Source: Eledone cirrhosa
Lineage: Eukaryota
DNA: 64,000 bases
Direction: 5' to 3'
Assembly (NCBI GenBank): GCA_964016885.1
Contig: OZ024741.1
Span: forward strand, 173,228,001-173,292,000
Positions 1 through 14,022 of this stretch are shown here, one piece after another (position 1 is the stretch's first letter; the number at the start of each line of letters is the position of its first letter). Made by a program: the position numbers and the translations under genes. Under the pieces are notes generated by a model. That model was not told the origin of the DNA and made no database searches. It saw nothing but the letters and a program-made list of their open reading frames with translations.

Positions 1-319
1 TTGTGTGTGCGAGTGTGCATGTACGTATGTGTATATATATATATACATAAATTTATATGCACGCACACTCTTTGAAAACAGGGGAATAAAAATAAAAGAA
101 TTTTTTAAAAAGAGTAAAAGGGCCTTAACTCTTGATGGAGAAGCAGGAGCTACGTACTGACACATATTGCCTTGTCTTGGACATTCTTTAAACTGGGTGG
201 AAGCCATCCCTCTCCTGATTGGAACACAGCTGATTTCTTGCAGAGAAAGCAAGAATAAAAGAGAGAGATAGGGGGAGTGACAGAGAGTGATATAGAGAAA
301 GAAGGGAAGAACCAACTTT

Positions 320-450
320 ATTTATTGACTTCGATAAGATGAAAGGCAAAGTTGACCCTGGTGAGATTTGAACACAGAGCGCAGAGAGTCAGAACATATT
401 TCGAAGCATTTTTAATTTGACATCCTAACAACTCTGCCAATTCGCCACCA
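320..450 (-). mobile_element. tRNA-derived SINE (family 1), degenerate
   Basis: Reverse complement of the core gtcaactttgcctttcatc...aataaa and B-box gttcaaatc seen at 35782. Confidence 0.7.
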
Positions 451-1692
451 TAAATGAGTAATTACACAACCATTTTCTGCAAGCCATAAACAGTTAGCAA
501 AGCTCAGAACAGAACGCTATTAGGTGTTAACAAAAAACAGGATTTCAGCAGAATCCATTTCAAATACACACGTATTATGAAATGGTTAGAAATGTTTTAA
601 TTTCCAACATTTTTTTTTCTTAAACAAAGAGCGTTATTTTAAAACATGGAGGTCTGAATGATTCTGAAGTTTTAAAATAACCATAACTTACCTTGTGTAA
701 CAAATGAAGTCTTGAAATCTGAATAATGGATAGGGTTTAACAATTTGAGAACATTTGCAGAAAAAATGCATATGAAAGTTAAAAATGCAACTGAAGATAT
801 TATGATCATCTAGTAAATATGGACATCACAACTGATCCCAGTACAAACTGCATGATCAGTTATTACAGATATTCCTAAACACCAAGTATTAGTTTAAAAT
901 ATGTAACAGAACCTAAACTAGTTAATTTGGCAAGACACGCAATAAGATTAAATCTTTGATCAAGGTAAAAAAAAGGAAAGAAAGCTGTGCACAAGAAGCA
1001 TGCACTTCAAGAAATCTTTGATATGAGACTGATCACCAAAGACAAGCACAATTATGTGTTGATTGCAAAAAACATACTTGTTAAAGAAAGAAAATGAATG
1101 CCAAACAGCCAACAGAAGAAATTGTCAGTGAAGAAGCAACAAAAAAATATTTTTTTTAAATAAAAGCAAATTTTAAATGACCTAAACAAATGTCTCAACT
1201 GAAACTGAAACATCTCAAATTTTTGGTTAAAATGAGTGAAATGTGTGCAATATGGTAGCAGTGAATCAGAGAAAGGATATACCCCCATACCATTCAATAG
1301 AGTAAATTGTATGAGATAAAGCATCATTGTTCATGCTATATAGCAGATGTTTCCAATGCACTCTTTACAAAACTAAAACAAAAACTTCAAAAAGAAAAAA
1401 ATAATAAACAAATTTTTAAATATAATTTGTTTTTAAATATGCATTCTATGCTGTTAAATAAACTATAAAATAAATAAAAAGTTTTATATAAAAAAAAACA
1501 CACATACCCATACACACTTATAAGATCAGAAGCCTATAAAATTTAACAATTTCATAACCATAACTAATGATATAAACTGATTTTGAAAATAAACAATTAA
1601 GGGATTCAATGAAATAAGTCGTTTTTGTTTCTAACATAACTTGACAAAATGTTCTTATATATAAAAAAATAAATTATGATGGAAGGTTTAAA

Positions 1693-1994
1693 TTTAACGC
1701 TTTTGTTACCATAATTCTAATGAAAGAGACTGCTTATGATTTTCAAGTACTTTTTTAAATAATCAAGAATTTGGAGAAATTTAGTAATACGTATAACTTT
1801 CTCATTATTAAGCTGGTGGAACACATCTTAACATGGGATCTTGTACGAAATTATGATGGAAGGTTTAACATTACAGACCTAGAAGCAGTTTCCAGTGGTT
1901 TAGTATTAATATGGTTAAATATGAAAAATTTAAAACATGATTTTGTATTACAAACCTAAGGGTGGTCACAGGCATGATAGTATTAAAAGGGTTA
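1693..1994 (+). mobile_element. piggyBac-like MITE (~280 bp); further copies at ~3730-3938, 7705-7958, 9819-10083, 11093-11306, 17852-18070, 20660-20845
   Basis: Ends ttaa(c/g)ctttt ... aaaagggttaa (TTAA target plus CCC/GGG termini). Shared internal motifs gaaagacactgc, aagaatttgga, ttatgatggaagg. Confidence 0.6.
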
Positions 1995-2535
1995 ATTAAA
2001 CTAGTCTTCAGAATTGAAACAAACCAAAAATTAAAAAGGTCACCTTTATCAAGATGCTTACAAACTACTCTGTAAAGTGGTGGTGCTAGTATCATAATAA
2101 ATTGTAGCCAGTATGTATGTGCTGTAAAGTGGTTAGCATTAGGAAGGGCATCCAGCCATAAAAACCATGTCAGAATGGAACATATGAGCAAGACGTGATC
2201 ATCTGACCAGTCTAGCTTCAGAACATAACCCATTTAACCCATGCAAGCATGAAAAATTAACACAAAATGGTGAAAATGATGATGAAATATAAATTAGTAT
2301 CATTAAAAAAAATCAATCAATATTTCATCATAATAATTTTGTTGATCTATAAAATATTGCATCAAATTTAACTGATAATTTATATCATATAAATAAAAGG
2401 ACATATTCAATAATGTGGCCTGAGATACATTGTATCCGAGATAAGAGAAAACAAAAACAGAACCAAGATGGTTATAGCTGAATTGTCTTTAATCAAAGGT
2501 TTGTTAAATCTGGACAGACTTGCAGTAAATAATAA

Positions 2536-2839
2536 CAACAATATAGGCTCTTAGTATTACAACAGAGCTACACTTTGATCTTAGCCAAAAGGCCGAGAAG
2601 CAGTGGTTCCCAGCCTTTAGTACCAGGGCAATATAGGCTCTTAGGCTGGCAATAGAGCAGTGGTCCCTAACCTGTGATATCTGGAGCTGAACAATATAGA
2701 TTCTCAGGGTTGCAATACAGCAGTGGTTCCTAGCCTGCAATCTATTGTTGAGTAGACAGATCTTTTAAACCCAGGGTTTATGAGAAAATTCTGTTAAATA
2801 TATGGAGATCCTTGGTAGTGAAAATGCTGAGAACCACTG
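2536..2839 (+). repeat. ~60-bp tandem repeat (caatataggctcttag...gcagtggttcc) ending in a hAT-like MITE (cagtggtt...aaccactg, 2721-2839)
   Basis: Three to four similar units visible; terminal inverted CAGTGGTT/AACCACTG. Confidence 0.55.
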
Positions 2840-5731
2840 CAGATTCTCTTCTGAAGTGATTTTTATTTCTATTCATTGTGAAAAAGGTTCAGTAATTCCA
2901 TAATTTAGGCTTTCCAATTGTACTCTATCTATAATTCTGATAACTTAATGATCAGAGTTATAAATAGAGTATTTTATAAATTGCTAACCCTTGATGAAAG
3001 TTAGTATAAAATTACCATAATTATGATGATTAACACAAATGTTTTAAGGCCATTTCCCCAGTTAAAGCAGGGTTTAGTTATGTGGGTCTCATGATAGGTT
3101 TTATCGTGGGGTCTTTTTTGAGGTAATGCTTTATGGTCGGATGCCTAACCGATGCTAGCTCTTTTAGTTATCTTTTAAAATAAACTAAGATATGAATACC
3201 AATTCTCAACTGGATACACATAGTATAATAATTATGGGAGACAACTCTGGATATATTTTGGCATCATTAAAGCTAAAGTTTGTCTTTCTTGAGATTAGAG
3301 GTACATCAGCTCAGAACTTATGTCTGTTTTATGTGGCTAAGTCAATGAGAATACAAGACTTCTTAGTAGACGGGTCACCAGACCATCTACAGCGGCTGGG
3401 GGGTTACCCCCAGCCGCTGTAGATACTCAATTTCAGCTGACTAGACTGAAGCAACATATAATGAAATGCTTTGCTCAAGGACATACACTATGAAGTCTGG
3501 AATCAAGCCCACAGCTTATGATTGTGAATCCTAATCACAATCACTAGGCTATGTGCTTCCAGTGAACCTTCATTGTACTTACCAAAGTAATGAGAAAATA
3601 ATTTTATAGATGTACAATATTGTAAAGCAGGAGTGAAAAATTAGCATGTTTAGAAGAAATAAATCAGTGAGGTTAATTACTGACATGCCATCTGCACGAA
3701 AAACAATATGCAAGTTAATGCAAACATATTCAACACTTTCATTTTCAATTAATTTTTAAAAGTAACAAAAATTTGGAGGAATTTGGTAATATAACTTACT
3801 CATTATTTAGCTTGAGTTTGAAGCATAACTTAAAGGTTCTTACATAAAATGATGGAACGTTTTTATATAAATATAAACATTTTAAAATAAAATGTTTTGT
3901 ATCATAAAACAAGGGGCAGTTTGGTACCAAAAGGGTTAAAAGAAAGAAATCAGTGAGGTTAATTACTCAAACACACTATCTGCATGAAAAACAATAGTCA
4001 AGTTAATGTTAACATTAACTTGACTATTGTAGTACCAAAATATTATTAACCATTCACATCCTGTAAACATTTAGCAGAATATTGAAAATGGGTTTGTTAA
4101 TTCAAAGGTTTACAGTATCTTTATTAGTGGGCAGATCAGCGATGCAATCATAGTGCCATTTTATACTTTTCAAGAATGTCACACTAATGTGGTTTTATGC
4201 AGTGCAGGATGTTAAAAGCTAATTTAATTATTAGATTATCACAAACCAGAAAGCAGGAGAGATGTCTTAAAATGTTGGTTACATAATAAACAATTTCAAT
4301 ATATTCTGTTTATTGAAGTACAGAATTATTTAATTGCTAATGATGGATTCAATATAGTCAACAATTAATATATAAGTTGCAACATGCTACTATATAATAC
4401 AGAAATGTAAGTATATAAAATATGAAAATCATAAAATAGACCTAGAAATTTTTTTTTTAAATTTACTAGGTATCTTGAAGAATTAACTGCTAGTGTCTTG
4501 TACTGCATAAGCAACACATTCTTGAAAAGTACAAAACAACACTATGACTACATTACATTAAAAACTCAAGTCTACTTCGTAAAAGAGTTTAAATACTAAG
4601 ATAATTTGAGATATATAAATTTTCCTACCATTTCTTCCTTCCTTGGAATCCTTTCATCTTTTTTATTCTTTATTTCACCTCCTTTCTCTCATCTGCTTCG
4701 CCTATTCTATTTTCACAATGATCTGTCCACTAGCAAAGGTACTATAAACATTTGAATTAACTATACTATATGAAATCCTATTAGCAAGACATTCTCAAAA
4801 TGTGCAAAACAGCACTGACTGCATCACATTAAAAATTACATTAATGCTGCAAATTTTCACAACAAACTGTCCACTTGTAAAATTGCTATAAACATTTGAA
4901 TTAACAAGCCCATCTTTAGATATTTTCTATTAAATCATATGAACTGAAATTAATTATTTTTATTATTGTTTAGTAAGACAGGGTAGAAATAAAATATCGC
5001 CAAACTGGAGATATGGCCCAAATGCTTGCAACAGAGCTCTGCTAAAGGCACCCAAAAGTTAGGTGGTGGTGTTAAACTGGATGACTGATTAAATCTACCA
5101 CCTTATTAGAAAATGCTGGTATTAGGAAAGGCATCCAGCTGTAGAAACAATACCAAGATTCGGGAATGCACAAGCATGACATGGTACCCAACCTATCTAA
5201 AAGAGCAGTAACCCTGAATAAGAACTGATTTAGCTCAAAACTAAAACCATTAGACATCTGATCAATAAAGAAGAAAAGTTAAGAGATAGAAGTATGTTAA
5301 AGTTTTTCTCAAGCCTAGAAGCTCATCAAGATCGAGCTTACTCTGATTTCATGTGGTATTAAGTGACTGAGAGTACAATGAATGCCAGTCCCTTGCAAGG
5401 TTAATATATACATATAAGCACCCAGTCAACTCTGGAAGGTGGTAGTGCTGGTGCCATGAAAAAAAACACCCACTCCATTCTGCAAGGTACATGCTGGTAC
5501 ATGATAAAAAACGCCCAAGCCAAAAATGGAATATACAAGCAGGACCTATTCACCTGACCAGTCTACCCTCAGTAAATGACAGTCCGTCTAACCTATGAGA
5601 GCACGGAAAATAGATCTTAAACAGTGATGATGATGATGATGATGATATATATATATATATGCATGTGCATGTGTGTGAATCCACATTATGTTTCTAAATA
5701 GTTTTCTAAAATACTAAAAAGCAGAACTTAC

Positions 5732-5874
5732 TCACCCATCAACATTTAGTCTTCCAACAATTTCCCTTACTGTAACAATGAGGCTTTCATTTTCTTGAGG
5801 AGCTTCCAGAATAATGCAATGTAACTTTGCCATATAAGAATCAATGGTTTCTAGTGTAGGTACTTCATTGGTTC
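5732..5874 (-). CDS. HMG20A: HMG20A/B-like gene, last coding exon (GTNEVPTLETIDSYMAKLHCIILEAPQENESLIVTVREIVGRLNVDG*)
   Basis: ttgcag acceptor at 5875-5880. Frame continues from the 6661 exon (G|GA). Peptide resembles the HMG20 C-terminus. TGA at 5732-5734. Confidence 0.92.
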
Positions 5875-6025
5875 CTGCAAAAAATACATAATGCTCAATA
5901 AGTACATTCAGAATATTCATTTACAGGGAATTGTTTTTATGTATATCTGAATTAGAATAGTTACAATGTATCCCTATCTCATAAGAAGCAACTAAAAGGA
6001 CTGGTGTCACAAAGGGCATCTGGCT

Positions 6026-6215
6026 GTCATCATAATCATCAGTTTCCATGCTTGCATGGGTTGGATGGGTCTTTTCCATCCCTCCACTCAATGTAAGTCC
6101 TTCGATATCATCTGTGAACTTCAATAATTTGAGATCAGCTCTCATAACCTTCCCTCTACTGTAGCTTCCTACCACTGGGATTTCTTGACACTTCTTCACC
6201 CAACAATCATCTACA
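6026..6215 (-). mobile_element. RTE LINE 3' fragment (family B)
   Basis: KKCQEIPVVG..SRG..RADLKLLK plus catgcaagcatggaa...gatgat tail; similar to 59430-59655. Confidence 0.75.
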
Positions 6216-6660
6216 GTATAAACTCAAAAGGACCCCATGATGAGTTTGATGCTTAAAGTGGATCAAATTGTTAAAACATACAAGTAGAAAAGAAAGGAGA
6301 AAACAAATAAGTGAATAATCATTTTTTTTTTTTTAAAGTCAGGAGAAGCGAATCCAGCACCCTGAAGAAAACTTTCCGATTTTAGGGTTGAAGATATAAT
6401 GGTTTCTAATTTTGGCATAAGACAAGATATTTGTGGAGAAGAGAAGGGAAAGTCAATTATACCGACTTCAATATTTCATTGGTACTATATTTTATTCACC
6501 TCAGAATGATGAAAGGCAACGTTGACCCAGGTAAGATTTGAAATCAGATAAAGAACCATAACCAAAATACTACAAAGCATTTTGTTTGCTGCTCTAACGA
6601 TTCTGCAAATCCATTTGAAAACAAAAATAAATTATTTAGAAGATATTTGAAAGAATTTAC

Positions 6661-6876
6661 CTGGCAATCGCACATTTGCAAAATTAGTTGTCAAAATTGT
6701 ACGAAGTGTATTTAAGTGACATTGGAGGGCCATATTATGGTTTTTCTGTTGTACAGCCTCCAATTCCAGTTTATCTATAGCATGTTTCATATTTTCAATA
6801 TGTTTGCTTAAAATAGCATTCTGTTCTTCTAGTTCGGTAGTCTGCTTTCGTAGCTGCCGTAATTCTTGTTCACGTG
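6661..6876 (-). CDS. HMG20A: HMG20A/B-like exon, coiled-coil (REQELRQLRKQTTELEEQNAILSKHIENMKHAIDKLE...RLP)
   Basis: atttcag acceptor and G|gtaaat donor. Matches the HMG20 coiled-coil motif RE.ELRQLRK...EE.NA.L.KH.E.M. Confidence 0.95.
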
Positions 6877-8020
6877 CTGAAATAATAAAGCCATGCCAAA
6901 AAATTAGTTTTAAAAAAATAAAATTCTTAATGCCAAACATAATTTAAAGTAGTGGTTCTCAAAGACCCAGGTCAACTTCCTCCTGTTGCAATCCCAGATT
7001 TCCTAAATTCCTCTCAATAATCATATAGTCCCAAATGGGATTAAATCTGAAACAACAGTTTTTGTGAACTGTTAATTCATGATCACCCTTATAGTTGGGT
7101 GTATTAGAATTTCATTTTATATATTACACCATGTACACTATTTCTTCCCAGTCTGGATTCCTCCTTTGACAATCAAGTGCTTCCTGTTTGATTTAAAATA
7201 ATTTTCATCATTATCCTTGTTTTTACTTCTGCCAACCCATACTTTAATCTTTAAGTATGTCATATACCACTCTTTTTTTGTCAAACTGCTAAGCTGCAGG
7301 ACATAAAAAAAACATTAACACTTACTCTAAACAGTCAATGTGAAGAGACACACACACACACACATATACATTAGCATTAGTCATAAATTTGGGAGGGGAA
7401 GGGGGGTTCTATGCTAGCATTAGCCCGACAAGACTTTTGGGAGAAGACTAGTCTGATGGCTCTCCTGGTGTCAATGTACATTTGTCTTTTAAGGTACGAA
7501 TTTTTACATGTCTTACTGCTGAGCAGTAGGATCTCTTTTTATGCAGGATGTAAATGTTCAATATGAAGCAACAACAAACAAACAAACACATATATACAAA
7601 TCTATATATACACACATATATATAATGGGCTTTCTCTGTCCACCAAATTCACTCACAAATCGTAAGTTGACCAAAGGCTATAGAAGTCACTTTCCCAAGA
7701 TGCCACACCCTTTCCTTACCATATTTCTAAAGAAAGACACTGCCTATGGTTTTCAAATAATTTTGAAAATAGTTGAGAATTTGAAGTGATTTAGTAATAT
7801 AACTAACTTTCTTCTTATTAAGTTGGTGTTTGGAACATAAAGGTTTTGACATAAAATTATAATCGAAGGTTTTTTAGACAAATATAAACACTTTAAAACC
7901 AAGTTTTAAATCATAAAATCAAAGGCTGTTTCAGGCAATTTGATATCAAAAGTGCTAACATCAAAATGGAACGATGTTGGTGGTCTTTGAATAATTAATG
8001 AAATAATTTTTTTAAATTAC

Positions 8021-8096
8021 TTTTATTATGATCCAGAAATTCTTCAGTAAAAATAGGAATATCAAATGTTCCATAATCTTCTTCATCTTTTTCAGG
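8021..8096 (-). CDS. HMG20A: HMG20A/B-like exon (PEKDEEDYGTFDIPIFTEEFLDHNK)
   Basis: Not in the ORF track; read by hand. catttcag acceptor, A|gtaatt donor, 76 nt. Contains the hallmark HMG20 motif FDIPIFTEEFL. Confidence 0.95.
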
Positions 8097-8779
8097 CTGA
8101 AATGGATAACGATTAATAATAATAAAACTTCTTTTCTCAAACAATACATATTTAGATGTTCAGTAAATCGTTATTAACATCATTTATACGTTCACTTTAC
8201 CACACTGGTATGGGTTGGACAAGACTTTTTAAGGCAGTATTCTATGACCAGATTCCATTTGTGATGCAATTTTGGTTTTTAAGTAGGGTGTTTATTCCAT
8301 TGAACTTCACATATTGAACTGTTCAACTTTGGGACGTTGTTTATGCAGGACATAAACAATTGCAAACTGCTGCCAAAGAAGTGTCAATGTGAAGATATGC
8401 TGAGATAAACAAATGCGCACATGCAAACACACACATATATATACAGCCGGATGGCTGGAACAGTTAAGAGTAAAAGAGTAATATATCATCATCGTTTAAC
8501 ATCCATCTTCTACTCTAGCATGGGTTGTATATATTTCTAATATATACACACACACACGTTAGGCTTCCAAGCAGTTTCTGTCAACCAATTTTACTCACTA
8601 GGCATTGGGTCAACCTGAAGCTATAAAAGACAATGGTCATGGTTGCTAAGTAAAAACCTTCCATAGATTAGCTTCAGCAAACAGCATACACATTTCATTT
8701 CATCACAATTGCATAATTCCGATGAGATCCTTTCACACTTCATGTCCACAAAACCCACTTCTTCCTGTTCAGAGTGAAC

Positions 8780-9240
8780 ATTTCCAATATGAGCAGTGGT
8801 ATTCTAATGTCCTCACGAATTTGATCCTCCCAATGTTTTGGGAGGTCTACTCAGTTATCTTTTCCAAGGAACTTCATTCTTATAGGACTATCTAACATAA
8901 CTATTGTCTTATCTCTTGGTAACATGCCTAAACCAGATTAACCTCCTTTTAATTAGAGTAAGTATATCTGATTTTACTCCAAGTTTTCTTCAGATATAAG
9001 CCATTCTGGATCTGTCTCTCAACCACTTGTATTCTATGCTCCTCAGACAGTTGTTTTCGAAGACAATAAATTTTTGCATGTCTTCTTTTTTCAAAGTTCA
9101 GGTTTCAAAGGAAGAGATTGCTATGAGGATGATAAGAGCTTAAATACAGTCTGATTTTAATGTTACGAGATATTTTTTCTGCTCTAAATGTTCACCTTAA
9201 GCCTTTAGCATTTACATTACTCTATATATACTATTATATT
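8780..9240 (-). mobile_element. Highly degenerate RTE-type LINE remnant
   Basis: Minus strand gives decayed RTE C-terminal motifs (FE..CLRSI, W.RH..R, RPPK.W). Confidence 0.45.
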
Positions 9241-9617
9241 TTCACAGTAAATGCTTTACTTCACATAATATCAAATCTATGAAATTTTGATATTATTTTT
9301 AGAATAACTTAACATCTGTACGAGTGGCCGGTTACAGCTGGTTTGAACAGAATGAGATGAGAGAATTCTGGCTGGATACAGCCAGTTTAAATGCTAAAGG
9401 GTTAATCTGAGAAACCACAAGACTTTTCATTCTAGTCTTATTATTAGCATTTTGTCTCCAACACTCAAAGTGTCTTCCTAGAGACTAACTATAGTAATTC
9501 TTATGTAATCCTATTTACCAGTTTACTTCAATGAACAACAGATGTATCTACAAGAAATTCATCTTCAGTTAAAGATGTCCGACCAATATAATATACTTCT
9601 ATAAATATGGTCTTTAC

Positions 9618-9664
9618 CTGTAGAGCAGAACCATTTTGTCCATCATAATCTTCTCTTATATCAC
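9618..9664 (-). CDS. HMG20A: HMG20A/B-like short linker exon (SDIREDYDGQNGSALQ)
   Basis: cttttccag acceptor, CAG|gtaaag donor. The 47 nt exactly reconcile phase 1 (from 10949) with phase 0 (into 8096). Confidence 0.85.
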
Positions 9665-10948
9665 CTGGAAAAGAAAATATTTATTTTTTAATATTCTCAG
9701 TTGCTGAGAAGATATAAAGATGTATGTGACATCTTTAACTACCCAAAGATATAGACACTAGGTCTTGAATCTGATAATTTACTTTTATACCATTTCTAAT
9801 CCATCACAATAGAGGGTACTAACCTTCACATTATATGATTTCTAAAGAAAGACACTGCAGAAAATTTTTTTAACAATTTTGAAAATAATTAGGAGTTTGG
9901 AGGGATTTAGCCATATAACTTTCTCATTATTAACTTAGTGTTTGGAGCATAGCTTAACAAAGATTTTTACATAAAATTATGATAGAAGTTTTGTAGAGAT
10001 ATATAAACACTTTAATACAAATCAAGTTTTGTTTCATAAAACAAGGGGTGTGGTTTCAAGTGGATTGGCATCAAAAGGGTTAAAGTAATTATATTCATCC
10101 AGTGAATTTGCAAAGTCATTAAAGCATAGGACAAAATACTATGCAGTATTTATTCAACTTTGATCTTCATACTTTCAGGGTTGATAAAATAAAGTATTAG
10201 ACAAGAGTGATAGAAAAATAATTTGCAGTATTTGTTCGGGCTCTCTGCATATTAAGTTTAGTCTTGCAGCAGTCAACTTTGCCTTCTATACTTCTAGAGT
10301 TGATAAAATAAAGTCCAGCCCAAGGCAGTAGACAAAATGCCTCGTGATATTTGCTCTGGCTATGTGCACTCTTAGTTTAAATTCTGCCCCTAGTCACCAG
10401 AAAAATGGCATGGTAGGACTGGAAACCCAAGAAACCTCCTAAGCAATGCAACTTCATAAGAGGCTGAATAAAGTTACATATGTGTGAGCCATAACAACAA
10501 CACGTGTCAAGCGACAGATATATGATTCAAACCCTATCAATAGGCCTGTTTCTCTTTTCTGCCTCAAATTGATCATCCCAATTTATACCCTATATTTTTA
10601 CACAAGATACAATTCAAAATTTGATTTTGTTCTTGGAAACTTCATCATCATCATTTAGTCTCCCCTTTTCATGCTAGCATGGCATTGATGAGTCATCACA
10701 GACCAAGTCAGTACTTAATTGGAACCACTTGTTCTTCCAGGGATGGTTTCTACAGATGGATGCTTTGCTGAGTGTACAGGATGTGTATTATCATGGCACC
10801 AGCACTAGGGAGGTTGTCATGACCTTGACACAACTGAAGAGTCCTCTTAATCCATTGTTTGGCATGGTTTCAATGGCTGGATGCCCTTCCTAACAACAAC
10901 ACTTTGTAAATTTATCTTCAGGCAGAATAAATAAATAAGTTGTCTTAC

Positions 10949-11063
10949 TTTTTAATTTCTTCTCTTTTTGTTGTTTAAATAATTTATATGCATCTGTTTT
11001 TTGGTAAGCTTCCATGTCTCGTAAATATCGTTCTTTGTCCTTTTCTGCATCATCAAGATATCG
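10949..11063 (-). CDS. HMG20A: HMG20A/B-like exon, HMG-box C-terminal helix (RYLDDAEKDKERYLRDMEAYQKTDAYKLFKQQKEKKLK)
   Basis: tttgcag acceptor, A|gtaaga donor, 115 nt. Typical HMG-box helix 3. Confidence 0.95.
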
Positions 11064-12369
11064 CTGCAAAGAAAAGTAAAATTGAATACAAATTAACACT
11101 TTCATTACGATATTTTTAATGAAAGACACTGCCTATATTTTTAAAATAATCAAGAATTTGGAGAGATTTAATATCAACCTGCTGTTTGGAGCATAACTTA
11201 ACACTAGTTTTACATAACATTATAACGAAAGGTTTTTAGATTATAAACTATAAAATAAACAGCTTAGTAATGAAGAACTGGGGCCAGTTTGGTATCAAAA
11301 GGATTAAAGAGAACTACATAACTTATGTGAAGGTATACACAATCATAAGGTCATGGGATTGATTCCAGGACCAAGCAGTACATTGTCTTTTTAAGCAGTA
11401 CACTTCATTTCATGTTGCTGCAGTCCACTCTGCTGACAAAATGAATACCAGCAGCTGGGTGTTAACTAGCATTCCATCCAGGGATGACTCTTAGTCAATG
11501 CTAATGAAACCAAGATAAGCCCAGGCCCATTGAACCTCTTGGCTTCAGACAGATTTTTTTAAAACTTTAACTAACATAAGAGATGTATACAGAAATATTT
11601 TGTTATGATACAAGTTTCACAATTCAGTAAATTGCCACCAAGATAGCTGAAATTTTACATAGAGGCACATCTTTTCAAGAAAGTCAAAAGCAATGTGATT
11701 TTTTCTGAAATGAATTCTTTTTAGCTCCAGACAGAAAAAAAAAAATATTGTATCATTCACTGCAATCAAAAAAGGTGAAACTTATACAAAATCACATCCT
11801 CATTTAATATCCATTTTACTTGTTAGCAAGGGTTGGTTGGTTGGTTGGTTGGGTCATCACAGACTGAGTCGGTACTCAAGCAGAGCTACTGAGCAGTGAG
11901 ACTGATCAAAGGCCTATACAGGGTGCATTTTTTCATGGCCGAACACTAGGGAGGTTGTCATGTCTTTGATACAGCTGAAGACCTCCTCCCAACCTTTTGT
12001 TTAACAAGTTTTCTAGAGCTGGTTGCTCTTCCTATCACCAACCTCCTAGCAGTGTATTGAGTGTGTTTATCATGTAGATGACCAGCACTAGGGAGGTTGT
12101 TATGTCTTTGACACAACTGAAGAATCTACCTGACTCTTTAGCAGGTTTTCTACAGCAGAATGCCCTTATCACCAACCAATTTACCGGGTGTACTAGGTGC
12201 ATTCATCATAAAGATCACCAGCACTAAGGAGGTTGTCATGTCTTTGACATAACTGAAAAGTTCTCTTGAACTTTTGTTTGGAAGGTTTTCTACAGCTGGA
12301 TGCTTTTCTATCACCAATCACGCCACAACTTAAATAATAAGTTAATTTCCAAAAATAAAAAAAAATTAC

Positions 12370-12579
12370 CTGTTTTTCTCGTGGTGCCAGTTTTGACCAC
12401 TCCCCACCTAGTTGTCTGGTTATTTCAGAAAACGATAAATTTGGATTCTCCTGGCGTAGCTTCTCTCGTCGCTCATTTAAAAATCGCACATAACCTGTTA
12501 AGGGTTGCTTGGGAGCATTTTTGTCTTTCATTGTGGCTTTTCTTTTTTTACCTTTAGTCCAGCCAGGTTTTTTCTTCTG
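12370..12579 (-). CDS. HMG20A: HMG20A/B-like exon, basic region and HMG box ([70 protein letters not shown])
   Basis: ttttag acceptor, CAG|gtaatt donor, 210 nt. GW.KG.KRK...[17 protein letters not shown] is diagnostic of the HMG20 family. Confidence 0.96.
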
Positions 12580-12664
12580 CTAAAATAAAAGCCAAATTAT
12601 CAAAGAATAAATCACCATGCTTAGTGTCAGGAAATTAAAAAAAGTTTTTATTGAAAGCCATTCC

Positions 12665-12810
12665 CAACAAGTAACCAGCAATATAGCAAGCCCCAACCAA
12701 GTATCCAATGATATATTAGGCCCTAAGCAAGTAACCAGCAATACAGCAGGCTTCAATTAAGTAACCAATAATATAACAATCACCAAGCAAGTAACTAGCA
12801 ATATAGCAAC
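12665..12810 (+). repeat. Minisatellite, ~30-bp period (aagtaaccagcaatatagca...)
   Basis: Five imperfect copies visible. Confidence 0.75.
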
Positions 12811-13059
12811 ACTAACTTCAAAAAACTAGAAAGCACTTGATCACCTAAAGTTCAGGTGATCAAATAGATTTCATCTTCACCAGATGACAAGATAGAGCGA
12901 TGGCCATAAACACAAAATCCCTCCCTGGTGAGGAATGCACCTGCCAACATAATCTTGTAGTCAGTGATTTGTTAATTTGAGCTAGATGAACTGAGACAGA
13001 GAACATCTTAAAGGAGGAGAATATAGAAGTTTAAGGAGCCCTCAGCCTGTAACAAATTT

Positions 13060-14022
13060 AGGAATATCCTACTTGACGCTTTTGACAATAAAGAAGAAAT
13101 GGTGACATACAATATAGAGGAGCAGTGGAAGTGCCTGAGAGATAATCTAATGAAGGTGACAAACAAGGTATGTGGCTGGAGCCGAGGCCAAGGGAATAGG
13201 AGAGTGATTTGATGGTGGGATAATAGGGTGGAGGAAACAATTAAGGCTAAGAGACAGGCATAAAAAGAATGGCAACATGGGAGAAGTAGAGAACTTTACC
13301 AAGAGGCCAGGAGAGAGGCTAGGCAACAGCTAAACTCTGCAAGGAGAGATGCAGAAAATAAAAAGTTTATGCATGTTATGTGACGTGAAGACCAAAGACT
13401 AGAGGTGTTCAGGATTGCGAGGCAGTGTATCAGGAAAATAGTGATGTTGTTGGGGAGAAGTGTGTCTGAGATGACAATGGTGCACTTGCCCTCGCTAATG
13501 CTAAAAAGAAGACAGCATAGAAGTGACTGATGAATGAGGAGAATGCATGGGAGGAAGATAACCTGCCTCAAGTAAACCTAACAGAAGGACCAGCTGTACA
13601 AGTCAACAGTAGCATAGTAAGTAGGGAAATTAAGGACATGAAGACAGGCAAAGCAATCAGGCTATCAGGAATAGTTGCTGAGATGCTGAAAGCATCTGGG
13701 ATGGTAGGCCTCACCATAACCACCCATATTGTAAATCAAGTAATACAAAAAGGTGCTACACCCAATGACAGGCGTAACAGCATCATATTCAATTTCTACA
13801 AGGGCAAAGGTGGTACACTAGACAGAGGAAACTACCGAGGCATTAAATTGATGGACCAGGTCAAGAAAGTTACAGTCATTGTACAACTGATTAGGGATTG
13901 AATTAACTTAAGACGAGATGCAGCTCAGATCTGTGCCAGATAAAAGTACCTTGGATTCTCTCTTCCTTGTGAGACAACTGCAGGAGAAGTACGTATCAAA
14001 AGGTATCCCCCTCTACTTGGCT
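13060..14022 (+). mobile_element. Degenerate RTE LINE fragment (endonuclease-RT linker to RT start)
   Basis: IKDMKTGKAIRLSGIVAEMLKASG...YKGKG..LDRGNYRGIKLMDQV; homologous to 41711-42301. Confidence 0.85.

Noticed and set aside
2536-2740. Regularly spaced repeats resembling a CRISPR array (also 12665-12810)
   Set aside because: Eukaryotic context, no cas genes, degenerate repeats and related spacers: minisatellites.
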